64,000 bases of DNA from an uncultured Gammaproteobacteria bacterium (GCA_963699835.1 CAVOVJ010000001.1:160946-224945); one strand, 5' to 3'. Positions 10,856-21,702 are shown, counted from the stretch's first letter. Notes: generated by a model not told the origin, from the sequence alone. Made by a program: numbers and translations.

Positions 10856-11194
10856 TTACATCGTGTGGGTCGGCTTGTCGCCGCCAAGCGCGCCGGCCAG
10901 GTAGTTCTCAATCTTCTTCTGCGTATTGCCGCGATCCTGGTCGCTGAACTGCACGCCGATTCCGGCGGTGCGTTTTCCCTGGGCGCCTTTTGGCGTTATC
11001 CAGACAACCTTGCCGGCGACGGGGATTTTCTCTTCCTCACCCATGAGATTAAGCAACATGAAGACTTCGTCACCGAGGTTGTAGCTGCTGTTCGTCGGGA
11101 TAAACAGGCCGCCGTTGCCAATGAACGGCATATACGCCAGATACAGCGCGCTCTTGTCCTTGATCGTCAGTGTCAAAAGACCTGGCTTTTTCAT
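10856..11194 (-). CDS. pilZ: Type IV pilus assembly protein PilZ
   Basis: LYLAYMPFIGNGGLFIPT...VAGKVVWITP...GIGVQF...PTHTM; conserved position after holB. Confidence 0.93.
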   Translation of the reverse strand: MKKPGLLTLTIKDKSALYLAYMPFIGNGGLFIPTNSSYNLGDEVFMLLNLMGEEEKIPVAGKVVWITPKGAQGKRTAGIGVQFSDQDRGNTQKKIENYLAGALGGDKPTHTM

Positions 11195-11204
11195 AAACCG
11201 AACC

Positions 11205-12230
11205 TCAAAGGTAACCGGAGGGAGGCCGCTGACATAGCTGCAATCCCTGGCTCCACGGTATCAACGCGGCTTCGAACGCAAGCTGCGTGTTCAGCGGTCG
11301 TTCGATTCCGCGAATCAGCCATTGAAGCCAATCCAGATACTCCATCAATTTGACAATATTCAAATCGACTACTGCATTTTGCAAGGGTCCGGGGATGGAT
11401 TCTTCTACCTGGTTCACATCCAGAGCACCGGCTTTCAGGCAAACCGTCGCCTCGACGAGGCGTTTGAGCCAGCGCAGTGTCATTGCGGCATCACCGCCCG
11501 ACCACTTTGCCGCAACCGCACACGGGTCGGCGGTGCCATTGATAATGCCGAGCAATTGATCCTGCCAGGTACTCACCGTGCCAAGATAGTCGTTGTCGAA
11601 TAGTTCAATGGCTGCGAGCGGGGCTCCGTTGACCGCTGCCAGCAGACGCCGCCAATCCGCCGGGGCGGATCCTGCCTCGAGCCATGCCAGCGCTGATGCG
11701 CGGTCTGGCGTCCTGAACACTATCCGCTGGCACCGGCTCAGGACCGTTGCCGGCAGCGCCGACAGAGTTGAGCAACACAGAATCAGAGTAGTGTCTGGAG
11801 GCGGTTCTTCCAGCGTCTTCAACAGACTGTTGGCGGCATTCACATTCATTTTTTCTGCCGGCCACAGCAGCGCCACCTTGCGCCCGCCGGCATGACTTCT
11901 CAGCGCAAGGTAGGCGGACAGCTCACGAATCTGGTCGACCGTGATCTGGGTCTTGCCATCGGCAACGGTGACCGCGCGATAGTCGGGGTGATTTCCGGCA
12001 GCTTGCAGACGACAGCCCTGGCACGTGCCACATACCCTTCCCGTTAGCTCGGATTGCTGGCATAACAGCAGCGCCGCGAGTCGCTGGCCAAACAGTCGTT
12101 TACCCATACCCGGAGACCCCACCAGAAGGGGGGCGTGGCCGAGCCGGTTGGCTTTATGCGCGACCGCTATCCGCTCCCACTGTTCTTCATGCCAAGGAAA
12201 ATTAGTCGAATTAATAATTAAATCAGTCAC
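11205..12230 (-). CDS. holB: DNA polymerase III delta-prime subunit
   Basis: CGTCQGC, HPD, ITVDQIR, AANSLLKTLEEPP and TVLSRC motifs; follows tmk. Confidence 0.93.
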   Translation of the reverse strand: MTDLIINSTNFPWHEEQWERIAVAHKANRLGHAPLLVGSPGMGKRLFGQRLAALLLCQQSELTGRVCGTCQGCRLQAAGNHPDYRAVTVADGKTQITVDQIRELSAYLALRSHAGGRKVALLWPAEKMNVNAANSLLKTLEEPPPDTTLILCCSTLSALPATVLSRCQRIVFRTPDRASALAWLEAGSAPADWRRLLAAVNGAPLAAIELFDNDYLGTVSTWQDQLLGIINGTADPCAVAAKWSGGDAAMTLRWLKRLVEATVCLKAGALDVNQVEESIPGPLQNAVVDLNIVKLMEYLDWLQWLIRGIERPLNTQLAFEAALIPWSQGLQLCQRPPSGYL

Positions 12231-12249
12231 GTATTTATTAAATCTAAAG

Positions 12250-12879
12250 TCAATTATCGAGAATGCTGCGAATTATGTCACTGACGGCCCGGTTTACTGC
12301 CGTGATGGAGGCGGTGGCATCGACGATTTTTACCCGCTCCGGCTGGGCCGCGGCGATGGCGAGATATCCCTGGCGTACCCGCTCGAAAAAACCCGCCTGT
12401 TCGCTTTCGAACCGGTCCGGCGCTCCGCGCTTGCGCGCGCGCGCGAGTCCAATCTCGACCGGCGCATCCAGCAGAATGGTCAAATCGGGCCGCAGCTCGT
12501 GTTGTACCAGCTGTTCGAGCATCGCAATGTCGTTGCGCTCCACGCCCCTGCCCCAGCCCTGGTAGGCGAAAGTCGCGTCCGTGAACCGGTCGCACACGAC
12601 CCAATCGCCGCGTTGCAGTGCCGGCCTGATAAGGTTTTCCAGGTGCACCGCGCGTGCCGCGAACATCAGCAGTAGCTCGGCGCTGGCTGGTACTGACTCA
12701 TCCGACGGGGTCAGCAAAAGCCGACGAATCTCCTCGGCCAGCAGCGTGCCGCCCGGTTCGCGCGTGCAGACAACGGTTTTCCCACACTCGCGGAGTATTT
12801 CCGCCATATATTCCAGCTGGGTCGATTTGCCGACGCCCTCGATTCCCTCGAGCGTAACGAATTGTCCGTATCCCGCCAT
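12250..12879 (-). CDS. tmk: Thymidylate kinase
   Basis: EGIEGVGKST, TREPGGT, CDRFTDAT and DRFE motifs. Confidence 0.96.
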   Translation of the reverse strand: MAGYGQFVTLEGIEGVGKSTQLEYMAEILRECGKTVVCTREPGGTLLAEEIRRLLLTPSDESVPASAELLLMFAARAVHLENLIRPALQRGDWVVCDRFTDATFAYQGWGRGVERNDIAMLEQLVQHELRPDLTILLDAPVEIGLARARKRGAPDRFESEQAGFFERVRQGYLAIAAAQPERVKIVDATASITAVNRAVSDIIRSILDN

Positions 12880-13907
12880 CAGCGATTTGCGCCGCTTTTC
12901 AGTTTTTTCAGGTATCGCGCCACAGCTGCATTGTGCTCCTCCAGCGTCTCGGAGAAATAGTGGCTGCCGTCCGGATCGCCGGTAGCGACAAAAAACAGGC
13001 TTGTACCGGCGGCCGGATCCGCTGCGGCTGCCAGCGATTCACGGCCGGGCAGACAAATTGGTGTGGGTGGAAGTCCATGCCGCGTGTAAGTGTTGTAAGG
13101 GGTATCGGTGGTCAGGTCGCGGCGCCTGAGATTGCCGTCGAATGCCGCACCTAGACCGTAAATGACCGTCGGATCGGTCTGCAGACGCATCCGTTTCTCC
13201 AGTCGGCGCGCGAAAACCCCGGCGATCTCGGGGCGTTCCGAATCCAGCGCGGTTTCCTTCTCGATAATCGACGCGAGGGTCAGCAACTCGTCCTGCGTCT
13301 CCACCGGAGTAGCCGGTTTGCGCCCGTTCCATGCCCGTTCGAGTTCCGCGTCCATTCGTTCGAGCGCAACGCGCAGTAGCTGCAAGTCCGTGGTATCCCG
13401 CTCAAACCGGTAGGTATCCGGAAAAAATCGCCCCTCGGGATGCAGCTCCGCCCGCCCCAGCTCTGCCATCGTGCGATCCGGGTCATCGACCGACTGGGTC
13501 GCGCGAATCGCCGGATGCGCCTGCAACGCGAGCAATGCTTCCCTGTATGTCCATCCCTCGACCAGCGTTACCGTGTGCAGATACACGTCGCCAGCCACCA
13601 GCTTGTCCAGCACTTCCACACCGCTGATGCCCGGGGGCATTTCGTATTCCCCCGCTTTTATCCGTTGCGCCAGCCCATGGTAGCGCGCGTACCAGATGAA
13701 GGCGTCGCGCGAAGACAACAGACCGGCCTGGTCAAGCTGGCGCGCGACGCGATTCAGCGAGGACCCGCTCTCGATCACGAGCAACACCGGCCCGGTCAGT
13801 GACTGCGCACCCTGGCGCATCGATTGATCGACCCACCACGCAAGACCGGCCACGATCGCGGCAGCGGACACGAGCAGCAGAAGCACAACCTGAAAGAGTC
13901 GTTTCAT
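12879..13907 (-). CDS. mltG: Endolytic transglycosylase MltG
   Basis: EGRFFPDTY, LASIIEKET, LQTDPTV and YNTYTRHGLPPTPI motifs. Confidence 0.95.
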   Translation of the reverse strand: MKRLFQVVLLLLVSAAAIVAGLAWWVDQSMRQGAQSLTGPVLLVIESGSSLNRVARQLDQAGLLSSRDAFIWYARYHGLAQRIKAGEYEMPPGISGVEVLDKLVAGDVYLHTVTLVEGWTYREALLALQAHPAIRATQSVDDPDRTMAELGRAELHPEGRFFPDTYRFERDTTDLQLLRVALERMDAELERAWNGRKPATPVETQDELLTLASIIEKETALDSERPEIAGVFARRLEKRMRLQTDPTVIYGLGAAFDGNLRRRDLTTDTPYNTYTRHGLPPTPICLPGRESLAAAADPAAGTSLFFVATGDPDGSHYFSETLEEHNAAVARYLKKLKSGANR

Positions 13908-14737
13908 CGCAACTGAAAGCGCGCGTTAGCCAGCGACTGTAGGCGTCGTGTGGTGGGCCCCACCGGCAGCGGACGTGTATCGATGCGACTTACCGGCAGA
14001 ATTCCGGAAATCGCATTGGTGAGCATTAGTTCGTCGCAATCGGCGAGTTCTCCGACATCGATGTTGCGGCATTCGATATCGATTCCAGCTGCGCTGGCAA
14101 CCTCCATTACCTCGGCCCGCATCACACCGGCGACCCCGCAACGCGACAGCTCCGGGGTCAAAAGTTTCGAATCGCGAACCAGAAAAATATTGTTCATCGT
14201 AGCGCACACGAGCGTGCCATCGGCCTCCAGCATCAGTCCATCGTAATACTCGTCGCCGTGCCATTCCGCGCGCGCCATGACCTGTTCGAGGCGGCCGAGT
14301 GTTTTCAAACCCGCCAGCAACGGCTGGGAGGATAGCCGCGTGCTGCAGACGCGCACAGCGACGCCATCCCGATACCAGTGTTCCGGGCGATCCGGCCATG
14401 GACCGGACGACACGATCCGGCGCGAGCCCGCGCCGGCAGCGAAGCGGTAGCCGCGCTCGCTCCCGCAGCGGGTTACGATCAGTTTCAAAACGGCGCGGCG
14501 CAGCCCGGCCGCGGCGCGATCAAATTCAGACTCGACCCGGACCCGCTCCGGCAGGGTCAGCGCCATGCGCGCGCACCCGTGTTCGAGCCGCCGCCAGTGC
14601 CGATCGAGCAACGGCGCCCGTCCGTCGATCCAGGCTATTGTTTCGAACAGGCCGTCGCCATACTGCAGCCCACGATCGGACACCGGCAAAAAATGCGTCT
14701 CCTGACCGTCTACGAGACAGGTTCCGAGCTCAGCCAT
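13904..14737 (-). CDS. pabC: Aminodeoxychorismate lyase
   Basis: DRGLQYGDGLFET, LAGLKTLGRLEQV and GVAGVMR motifs. Start placed at ATG 14737, overlapping the pabB end. Confidence 0.92.
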   Translation of the reverse strand: MAELGTCLVDGQETHFLPVSDRGLQYGDGLFETIAWIDGRAPLLDRHWRRLEHGCARMALTLPERVRVESEFDRAAAGLRRAVLKLIVTRCGSERGYRFAAGAGSRRIVSSGPWPDRPEHWYRDGVAVRVCSTRLSSQPLLAGLKTLGRLEQVMARAEWHGDEYYDGLMLEADGTLVCATMNNIFLVRDSKLLTPELSRCGVAGVMRAEVMEVASAAGIDIECRNIDVGELADCDELMLTNAISGILPVSRIDTRPLPVGPTTRRLQSLANARFQLR

Positions 14738-16124
14738 GCGCCTGCTCCGGATCCAGTGCCGCGAGAACCCCCCTGGCCTTGGCCCGGGTCTCCTCGAGTT
14801 CGTGCTGCGGTTGCGAATCCGCGACGATGCCGGCACCCGCATGCAACGTAAAATAGGACGGGTGTTGTACCAGCGTGCGGATCAGAATGTTCAGATCCAG
14901 TCTTCCGTCGCGGCCGAGATAGCCCATCGCGCCCGTGTACGCGCCGCGCGGGCCGGCTTCCAGCTCGCTGATGATTTCCATGCAGCGAACCTTGGGGCAA
15001 CCGGTAATCGTGCCACCCGGGAATACGGCGCGGATTGCCTGGCCCGGTGTGACGCCCGCGCGCAACCGCCCGCTGACATTGGACACGATATGGTGCACGT
15101 GCGCATAGGACTCCAGTGACATGTACTCATCGACCCGCACGCTTCCTGGGGCGCAGATACGGCCAAGGTCATTGCGCTCGAGATCGATCAGCATGATGTG
15201 CTCGGCGCGTTCCTTGGGATGATCGATGAGTTCGCTGCGCAGCGCATCATCGGCGGCCCGGGTGGCACCTCTGGGTCGGGTCCCGGCAATCGGCCGGGTC
15301 TCGACGACGCCGTCGCCGATGCGCAAGAGCCGCTCCGGCGAGGAACTGATGATCGTCATGTCACGCCAACGCACCAGCCCGGCAAATGGCGCCGGGTTGG
15401 TCTGGCGCAGACGCCTGTAAACAGCGCTCGCATCGATTTCATCATGCCACTGACCGGTCCACGTGCGCGACAGATTGGTCTGGAAAACATCGCCGTCGCG
15501 GATGTAGCGTTTTGCCCGCCTGACTGATTCGAGAAACACCTCAGCCGGTTCTTCGGTCACTGCGCGAATTCGCGGCTGGCTTTGCGACTGGGTTGAGTGC
15601 ATTGCCCGGACCACATCGTCCGCGATGAGCGGCAGCAGATGTTCGTAACCGGGTTCGGTGATCGCGTACACGGCGCCGTCGGTGCGATCCCGGGTGACAA
15701 CGGCCGGGACGCGCGTGGCGAACGCTACCGGCTGATCAACCGGTCCAGCCAGGTTCAGCACCGGCTCGACCTGGGCAGCCAGTTCGTAGCCCAGCATCAG
15801 GAACCATCCCCCGAGAAACGGCAGATCGGTTTCCGCGGGGACGCTGCTTTCCGCGCGCCATCGTTGATCGAGATGATCGAGAAAATCACCTGTGGCATCG
15901 CCATCCGATCCGTGCAAGCGGAAATGCCCGTCGAGGTGGAAATGCGACTGCGGGAAAGCGAATAACAGGTCGAAGCGACCGTGCGGCGTGCCGCTTGCCG
16001 CGCTTTCGAGCAGGAAGGGGTAGCGGTCGGGATCGCGCTCGTGAAGATCGACGAGATCGACGAGGCCGGGTAACGACTGCACATGGGCGGATCGTCCCTG
16101 CAGCATTGGCACATCTAGTGCCAC
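14730..16124 (-). CDS. pabB: Aminodeoxychorismate synthase component I
   Basis: LLESAA, SSSPERL, RPIAGT, KERAEHIMLIDLERNDLG and FPGGTITGCPK motifs; adjacent to pabC. Confidence 0.9.
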   Translation of the reverse strand: MALDVPMLQGRSAHVQSLPGLVDLVDLHERDPDRYPFLLESAASGTPHGRFDLLFAFPQSHFHLDGHFRLHGSDGDATGDFLDHLDQRWRAESSVPAETDLPFLGGWFLMLGYELAAQVEPVLNLAGPVDQPVAFATRVPAVVTRDRTDGAVYAITEPGYEHLLPLIADDVVRAMHSTQSQSQPRIRAVTEEPAEVFLESVRRAKRYIRDGDVFQTNLSRTWTGQWHDEIDASAVYRRLRQTNPAPFAGLVRWRDMTIISSSPERLLRIGDGVVETRPIAGTRPRGATRAADDALRSELIDHPKERAEHIMLIDLERNDLGRICAPGSVRVDEYMSLESYAHVHHIVSNVSGRLRAGVTPGQAIRAVFPGGTITGCPKVRCMEIISELEAGPRGAYTGAMGYLGRDGRLDLNILIRTLVQHPSYFTLHAGAGIVADSQPQHELEETRAKARGVLAALDPEQAHG

Positions 16125-16134
16125 AACGTCATCC

Positions 16135-17379
16135 TCAGTCGATTTGACGAAAGATCAGTGTGCCGTTGGTCCCGCCGAAACCGAAGGAATTGCTCAACGC
16201 GACTTTGAACCGGGCATCACGCGCAGTGTTGGGCACATAGTCGAGATCACACCCTTCACCCGGCTGATCCAGGTTGATAGTGGGTGGAATCACCTGATCG
16301 CGTAGCGCGAGAACAGAAAAAATCGCTTCGACGGCACCCGCCGCACCCAGCAGGTGGCCGGTCATCGATTTGGTCGAACTGACCGCAAGCTTCGCGGCAT
16401 GTGCGCCAAATGCGGCCTTTATGGCAATGGTTTCGGCAACATCGCCAAGCTGAGTCGATGTGCCATGCGCATTGATATAGCCGACTTCGGAGGCATCGAT
16501 GGCCGCGTCGTGAAGTGCGTTCTCCATGCACAGCCGTGCCCCGGTGCCATCTTCGAGCGGTGCCGTGATGTGATGGGCATCGCCACTCATACCGAAACCG
16601 GAGAGCTCGGCGTAAATTCTCGCCCCCCTGGCACGCGCGTGCTCATATTCTTCGAGACACATCGCGCCGGCGCCGTCGCTCAGCACGAAGCCGTCGCGCC
16701 CCGCGTCCCACGGCCTGCTCGCCGCCTCGGGGTCATCATTGCGAGTCGACAATGCCTTTGCCGTGCAAAACCCGCCAATCGCGAGTTCGGTCGTGGCCAT
16801 TTCAGCGCCACCGGCAAGCATGACGTCGGCATCGCCATAGGCGATCGTGCGCGCCGCCACGCCGATGCTGTGAGTGCCAGTGGTGCAGGCTGTCACCAAT
16901 GCGAGATTGGGGCCGCGCAAGCCATACATGATGGACAGATAGCCCGAGATCATATTGATGATGCTGGAAGGAACAAAGAACGGAGAAATCTTGCGCGGCG
17001 AGCCGCTTTCGAGATAGCGCCGGTAGTTGTTTTCTATAGTCGTCAGTCCGCCGATTCCCGCGCCCATCGCGACGCCAATGCGAGGAGCGTTGACAGCGCT
17101 GACCTCGAGGCCCGAATCCGCCATCGCCTGCCTGCCCGCCGCGATACCGTATTGAACGAACGGGTCCGTCTTGCGTGCTTCCTTGGCCGACAGGTATTGA
17201 GAGAGATCAAAGCCGCGGACGTCGCCGCCGATCGTGCACGGAAAATCGGTGGTGTCGAAGCGGGTAATTGGAGCGATCCCGCTGCGACCCTCGCGCACTG
17301 CCTCCCAGGCACTTTCGATCGTACTGCCCACGGGCGACACGATACCCATCCCGGTTACGACGATACGACGCTGTGACAC
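16135..17379 (-). CDS. fabF: 3-oxoacyl-ACP synthase II
   Basis: [26 protein letters not shown] and NSFGFGGTN motifs. Confidence 0.96.
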   Translation of the reverse strand: MSQRRIVVTGMGIVSPVGSTIESAWEAVREGRSGIAPITRFDTTDFPCTIGGDVRGFDLSQYLSAKEARKTDPFVQYGIAAGRQAMADSGLEVSAVNAPRIGVAMGAGIGGLTTIENNYRRYLESGSPRKISPFFVPSSIINMISGYLSIMYGLRGPNLALVTACTTGTHSIGVAARTIAYGDADVMLAGGAEMATTELAIGGFCTAKALSTRNDDPEAASRPWDAGRDGFVLSDGAGAMCLEEYEHARARGARIYAELSGFGMSGDAHHITAPLEDGTGARLCMENALHDAAIDASEVGYINAHGTSTQLGDVAETIAIKAAFGAHAAKLAVSSTKSMTGHLLGAAGAVEAIFSVLALRDQVIPPTINLDQPGEGCDLDYVPNTARDARFKVALSNSFGFGGTNGTLIFRQID

Positions 17380-17459
17380 GACTTAGGAGACCGATTATCC
17401 GGCTGTCAGGACCGGGTGACCGACGTGCGCATGATCGCGCGCGCTATGCACCGCGCTGA

Positions 17460-17711
17460 TCAGGCGCTGGTCTTGCGTTCGGCGATATAGTCGATCGCCT
17501 GCTGCACAGTGGTAATCTTCTCGGCTTCCTCATCGGGAATCTCGGTTTCGAACTCTTCCTCGAGTGCCATCACCAGTTCCACGGTATCGAGAGAGTCGGC
17601 GCCAAGATCGTCGACAAAAGAAGCATCATTCGTGACTTCGTCTTCTTTTACACCGAGTTGCTCCGCCACAATCGCTTTGACCTGCTTCTCAATTTGTTCA
17701 ACAGTGCTCAT
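17460..17711 (-). CDS. acpP: Acyl carrier protein
   Basis: [20 protein letters not shown]; start placed at ATG 17711. Confidence 0.97.
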   Translation of the reverse strand: MSTVEQIEKQVKAIVAEQLGVKEDEVTNDASFVDDLGADSLDTVELVMALEEEFETEIPDEEAEKITTVQQAIDYIAERKTSA

Positions 17712-17833
17712 ATCGTTTGAATCCTCTGCGGGAAGACGCATTTCCAGGGTAACGCAGACCGGGGTCCGGCAACCGACCGCGCGTATTGTAAGTGAATCGT
17801 GCCGCGCAATGCCATATGCAGCATCGTGCGGGC

Positions 17834-18574
17834 CTAGCTCATGTACATACCGCCGTTCACATTGAGGGTCTCGCCAGTAACGTAGCCGGCTCCAGGCGAG
17901 GCCAGATAAAGCACCGCCGCAGCAATATCGGCGGGATCTCCGAGGCGCCGGAGGGGTATCTGTTCGGCAAGTTTTGCGCGTTGGTCGTCACCCATCGCGC
18001 GGGTCATGTCCGTCTCGATAAAACCAGGCGCGACCACATTGACTGTTATTCCGCGCGACCCGACTTCGCGCGCCAGCGACTTCGAGAAACCGATGATGCC
18101 CGCCTTCGCCGCCGCGTAGTTGGACTGCCCAGCGTTTCCCATCTGGCCGACTACCGACGCGATGCTGATAATGCGGCCCTTTCTCGCTTTCATCATCCCG
18201 CGCAAAGCGGCCTTGCTGGTACGGTAAATTGCGCTGAGGTTGGTGTTCAGTATCGTATCCCACTCTTCCGCGCTCATTCGCAGCAGCAGGTTGTCCCGGG
18301 TAACACCGGCATTGTTGACGAGTATCGTCGGCGCGCCCCCGCTGGCCTTCATATCGGCAAACAGGGCGTCGACCGACTCCGCATCGGCGACGTCGAGTAC
18401 CGCACCACGGCCCGGATTCGGACAGCCCGCCAGATCGCCGTCAATGCGGGCGGCACCCTCGGTGCTGGTGGCCGTGCCGACTACCCTGGCGCCATGGGTT
18501 CCCAGAGCCTGCGCAATCGCCTTGCCTATTCCCCGTGATGCGCCGGTAACGAGCGCAACTTCACCATCAAGCAT
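17834..18574 (-). CDS. fabG: 3-oxoacyl-ACP reductase
   Basis: [17 protein letters not shown] and [10 protein letters not shown] motifs; start placed at ATG 18574. Confidence 0.96.
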   Translation of the reverse strand: MLDGEVALVTGASRGIGKAIAQALGTHGARVVGTATSTEGAARIDGDLAGCPNPGRGAVLDVADAESVDALFADMKASGGAPTILVNNAGVTRDNLLLRMSAEEWDTILNTNLSAIYRTSKAALRGMMKARKGRIISIASVVGQMGNAGQSNYAAAKAGIIGFSKSLAREVGSRGITVNVVAPGFIETDMTRAMGDDQRAKLAEQIPLRRLGDPADIAAAVLYLASPGAGYVTGETLNVNGGMYMS

Positions 18575-19514
18575 CTGTCGCTCCATTGTCGGCCTGCAGC
18601 GTTGCTGCCAGGCTCTGGCTATCGAAAATCGCGGCATACTGCGCCGCATTCTTATCAATTCGCCGATTCAGTCCGGTCAGCACCTTGCCCGGTCCGCACT
18701 CGACAATCCGATCTGCCCCGGCAGCGAGCATGGCCCGGATTACCTTGACCCATTGCACGGCGCTCGAGAGCTGGCGGACCACCGCATCGCGAATTTGATC
18801 AGGACCGGAGTGATAGACGAGATCGACGTTCAACACCGGCACCGAGGTCTCGTGTACCGCAATTGCGGCGAGTTTCTCCCGCAGTTTCTCGCCCGCCGGT
18901 TTCATCAGAACGCTGTGTGCCGGCACGCTGACGGCAAGGGCCATCGCGCGCCGCGCGCCGAAATCCGCCGCGGCCGCGACCGCGCGGTCTATCGCCGCCC
19001 TGTGCCCGGCAATGACAACCTGGCCGGGCGCATTGAAATTGACGGCCTCCAGAACCTGATCTCCTGCGGCGCTGGCGCACAGTTCCTCGACCCGGGTGTC
19101 GTCGATTCCAATGATTGCGGCCATGCCACCGTCGCCTTGCGCAACCGCGACCTGCATCGTTTCGCCACGGAAGCGGACCAGTTCGACGGCTTCGCGAAAT
19201 CCGATACTGTCCGCGCAAACCAGGGCGGTGATCTCGCCCAGGCTGTGACCGGCCATCAGCGCGGGTCGCCCGCCGCCCTGCTCCCGCCAAGCGCGCCACG
19301 CGGCCACGCCGGCCGTCAACATCGCCGGCTGGGTCCGCTCGGTACGGTTAAGTTCTTCTGCCGGACCGTTCTGGGTCAACCGCCATAGATCGTAACCGAG
19401 TACGTCGGAGGCCTCGGCGAAACAGTCTTCGATAACCCCGGTTGCGCTGGCCAGGTCCGACAACATCCCAACGGACTGAGACCCCTGGCCGGGGAATACG
19501 AAAGCCAGCGTCAT
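18567..19514 (-). CDS. fabD: Malonyl-CoA:ACP transacylase
   Basis: FPGQGSQ, TQPA, GHSLGE and ECGPGKVL motifs. Confidence 0.96.
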   Translation of the reverse strand: MTLAFVFPGQGSQSVGMLSDLASATGVIEDCFAEASDVLGYDLWRLTQNGPAEELNRTERTQPAMLTAGVAAWRAWREQGGGRPALMAGHSLGEITALVCADSIGFREAVELVRFRGETMQVAVAQGDGGMAAIIGIDDTRVEELCASAAGDQVLEAVNFNAPGQVVIAGHRAAIDRAVAAAADFGARRAMALAVSVPAHSVLMKPAGEKLREKLAAIAVHETSVPVLNVDLVYHSGPDQIRDAVVRQLSSAVQWVKVIRAMLAAGADRIVECGPGKVLTGLNRRIDKNAAQYAAIFDSQSLAATLQADNGATDA

Positions 19515-19587
19515 CGGCTAACTCCTGCGGTGTTGGATTCGAGTTGCCATTGCGTTTGCGGTGGGCAGCCCAATAGTTGACCAGCGA

Positions 19588-20175
19588 TTATAGCGCCTGC
19601 TGGCGACGCCGATGCAGCAGCAAAAAAATCCCACAGATCAGCCCGCCGATCGCACCGAACAGATGCGCATCGACGAGGACCGGGCCACCCGCCAGCGTGG
19701 CGGTCGATGGCAAAACGCCCCGTGATTGTTCCCAAATGATCTTCGCAGCAAGCATGAGCAACAATATCCGGCCCTCGAGGCGCCTCGCGGCCAGCATGCA
19801 GGCCCCGGCCAGCAGGCCGTGAAGGACCCCGGACAGACCCACGTACCAGACAATTTCCGGGCGCCACAGCAGCAAACCGGCATCGACTGACAACAGGCTC
19901 GCGACAAACAGCCACGCACCGGCGCGGTTAAGCAGCGACTCCGGAAAAATCGCGACAATCAAAACGAAAGCGAGGAAATTCAACAGGGCATGGCCCCAGC
20001 CGAGATGAACGACATGGGCGCTGATCAGGCGCCACAGTTGACCATCGAAAATGCGGTCGCGTTGATATTGCAGTGGCTCGATACCGACAAGCTGAGCGCA
20101 CACCAGGACCAGCGCCGCGGCAGCCGCCATCCACAACAGACCCCTGAAACCGATTGCAAGAGCTTGTCGCGACAC
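19588..20175 (-). CDS. rrtA: Rhombosortase (rhomboid-family intramembrane protease for GlyGly-CTERM proteins)
   Basis: GQLWRLISAHVVH...HALLN, YVGLSGVLHG (Ser) and DAHLFG (His) motifs. Start uncertain; GTG 20175 chosen to avoid overlap with gspG. Confidence 0.8.
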   Translation of the reverse strand: MSRQALAIGFRGLLWMAAAAALVLVCAQLVGIEPLQYQRDRIFDGQLWRLISAHVVHLGWGHALLNFLAFVLIVAIFPESLLNRAGAWLFVASLLSVDAGLLLWRPEIVWYVGLSGVLHGLLAGACMLAARRLEGRILLLMLAAKIIWEQSRGVLPSTATLAGGPVLVDAHLFGAIGGLICGIFLLLHRRRQQAL

Positions 20176-20284
20176 GTAAATACGCCTCTTTTTTCGTCCG
20201 GCTCTGGTATCATGCGCGACGGAATCATTAAAGTGAACAACCGACCTCCTATGACCCAAAAGCCTTTCAATTCGTCGATGCTGC

Positions 20285-20710
20285 GTGGCGCGCCCAAGAC
20301 CCCAGCACGGGTTCACGTTGATCGAAATCATGGTGGTTGTCGTTATCCTCGGCATCCTTGCGGCTCTGGTCGTGCCGAATATTCTCGGCAATGTCGATGA
20401 GGCGCGCGCCACAGCGGCGCAGCAGGACATCCGCGCGATCGAGAGTGCGCTCGATATGTTTCGTCTCGACAACTTTCGCTATCCATCTACCGAAGAGGGT
20501 ATCGAGGCGCTCGTAACCCGGCCGGTCGATCCCAATATCAAGAAATGGAAGCCATACCTGAAGAAACTTCCCAATGATCCGTGGGGTAATCCGTACCAGT
20601 ACCTCAGTCCGGGAACCCAGGGAGAGATAGACATCTACTCTTTTGGTGCGGATGGCCAGCCAGGAGGCGAAGGGGTCAACGCCGACGTCGGCAACTGGTC
20701 CAGCAACTAA
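20285..20710 (+). CDS. gspG: Type II secretion major pseudopilin
   Basis: GFTLIEIMVVVVILGILA, YPSTEEG, DPWGNPYQY and SFGADG motifs. Confidence 0.96.
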   Translation: MARPRPQHGFTLIEIMVVVVILGILAALVVPNILGNVDEARATAAQQDIRAIESALDMFRLDNFRYPSTEEGIEALVTRPVDPNIKKWKPYLKKLPNDPWGNPYQYLSPGTQGEIDIYSFGADGQPGGEGVNADVGNWSSN

Positions 20711-20721
20711 TCGGTACCGTC

Positions 20722-21255
20722 GTGCCGCGCAAGCCGACAATGCGCGGATTCTCTATTCTGGAACTGCTGGTCGTTTTTACAATTATCGGCATTCTTCTGG
20801 CGTTGGCTACGCTCTCGGTCAATCTTGTCGGTGACGATGAGAATCTGGAGAAGACCGCGCGCCGGACTCATGCCCTGATAGCGCTGGCAACCGAGGAAGC
20901 GCTGCTGCAAGGACGCGATTTCGGAATATTGTTCGAGCAACGCGGATACCAGTTCCTGGCCTTCGACTACGATCGCGCTGAATGGGTTGCCTATGCCGGC
21001 GACGATATGTTTCGCTCCCGCACGCTCGAGGAAGGTCAGTATTTCGAACTCGATGTCGAGGGTCAGGTCGTGTTGCTCGACTCCGAGCCGCCTGACCCGG
21101 AGAACGGTCTCGTGCCCCAGGTGCCTTTGCTGTCCAGCGGGGATCTGGTTCCGTTCGAATTACGCATCAAACGCGAATTCGACGACAGTGTGTTTGTCGT
21201 CAGCGGTCAGGCCAATGGTGTGGTTGAACTGCGTGACGCCAGCGAGGAGGACTAG
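20722..21255 (+). CDS. gspH: Type II secretion minor pseudopilin H
   Basis: GFSILELLVV prepilin motif, PQVPLLSSG and gene order. Confidence 0.88.
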   Translation: MPRKPTMRGFSILELLVVFTIIGILLALATLSVNLVGDDENLEKTARRTHALIALATEEALLQGRDFGILFEQRGYQFLAFDYDRAEWVAYAGDDMFRSRTLEEGQYFELDVEGQVVLLDSEPPDPENGLVPQVPLLSSGDLVPFELRIKREFDDSVFVVSGQANGVVELRDASEED

Positions 21256-21702
21256 GTGAACGCGGCCAGAATGCGCGACGGTGGTTTTACCCTGGTCGAG
21301 GTGCTGATCGCGCTGACGGTGGTGGCGATCGGGCTCGGCGCGGCCGTGGCGGTGGTCAACCAGAGCGTCTACAACGCCTTTAGCCTGCGGCAGAAGACGC
21401 TCGCCTCGTGGGTTGCACAGAACAAACTGGCCGAAATCCGCGCTGCGGCCGCTGTCCCGGATTTTGACGAGGCGGATGGTGACAGTGAACTCGCCGGCCG
21501 ATTCTGGCGCTGGAACGCGGAAGTTCTCGAGACCGGTGTCGAGAATGTCACCCGCATCGAGATCGGGGTTGCCAGCGAAGAGGAACCGGATGTCGAAATT
21601 GTCAGGCTGATCGGATTTCTCGGTGTTGCGATCCCGGACAACGTCAGGGATGTTCAGTGGGAAGGAACGCCGGAGAGAACTCCGGAGGGAACGCCGGAAT
21701 GA
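21256..21702 (+). CDS. gspI: Type II secretion minor pseudopilin I
   Basis: GFTLVEVLIAL and KTLASWVAQN motifs. Confidence 0.9.
   Translation: MNAARMRDGGFTLVEVLIALTVVAIGLGAAVAVVNQSVYNAFSLRQKTLASWVAQNKLAEIRAAAAVPDFDEADGDSELAGRFWRWNAEVLETGVENVTRIEIGVASEEEPDVEIVRLIGFLGVAIPDNVRDVQWEGTPERTPEGTPE

Noticed and set aside
20176-20472. Long N-terminal extension of the rhombosortase ORF
   Set aside because: It overlaps gspG on the opposite strand and is a longest-ORF artefact.
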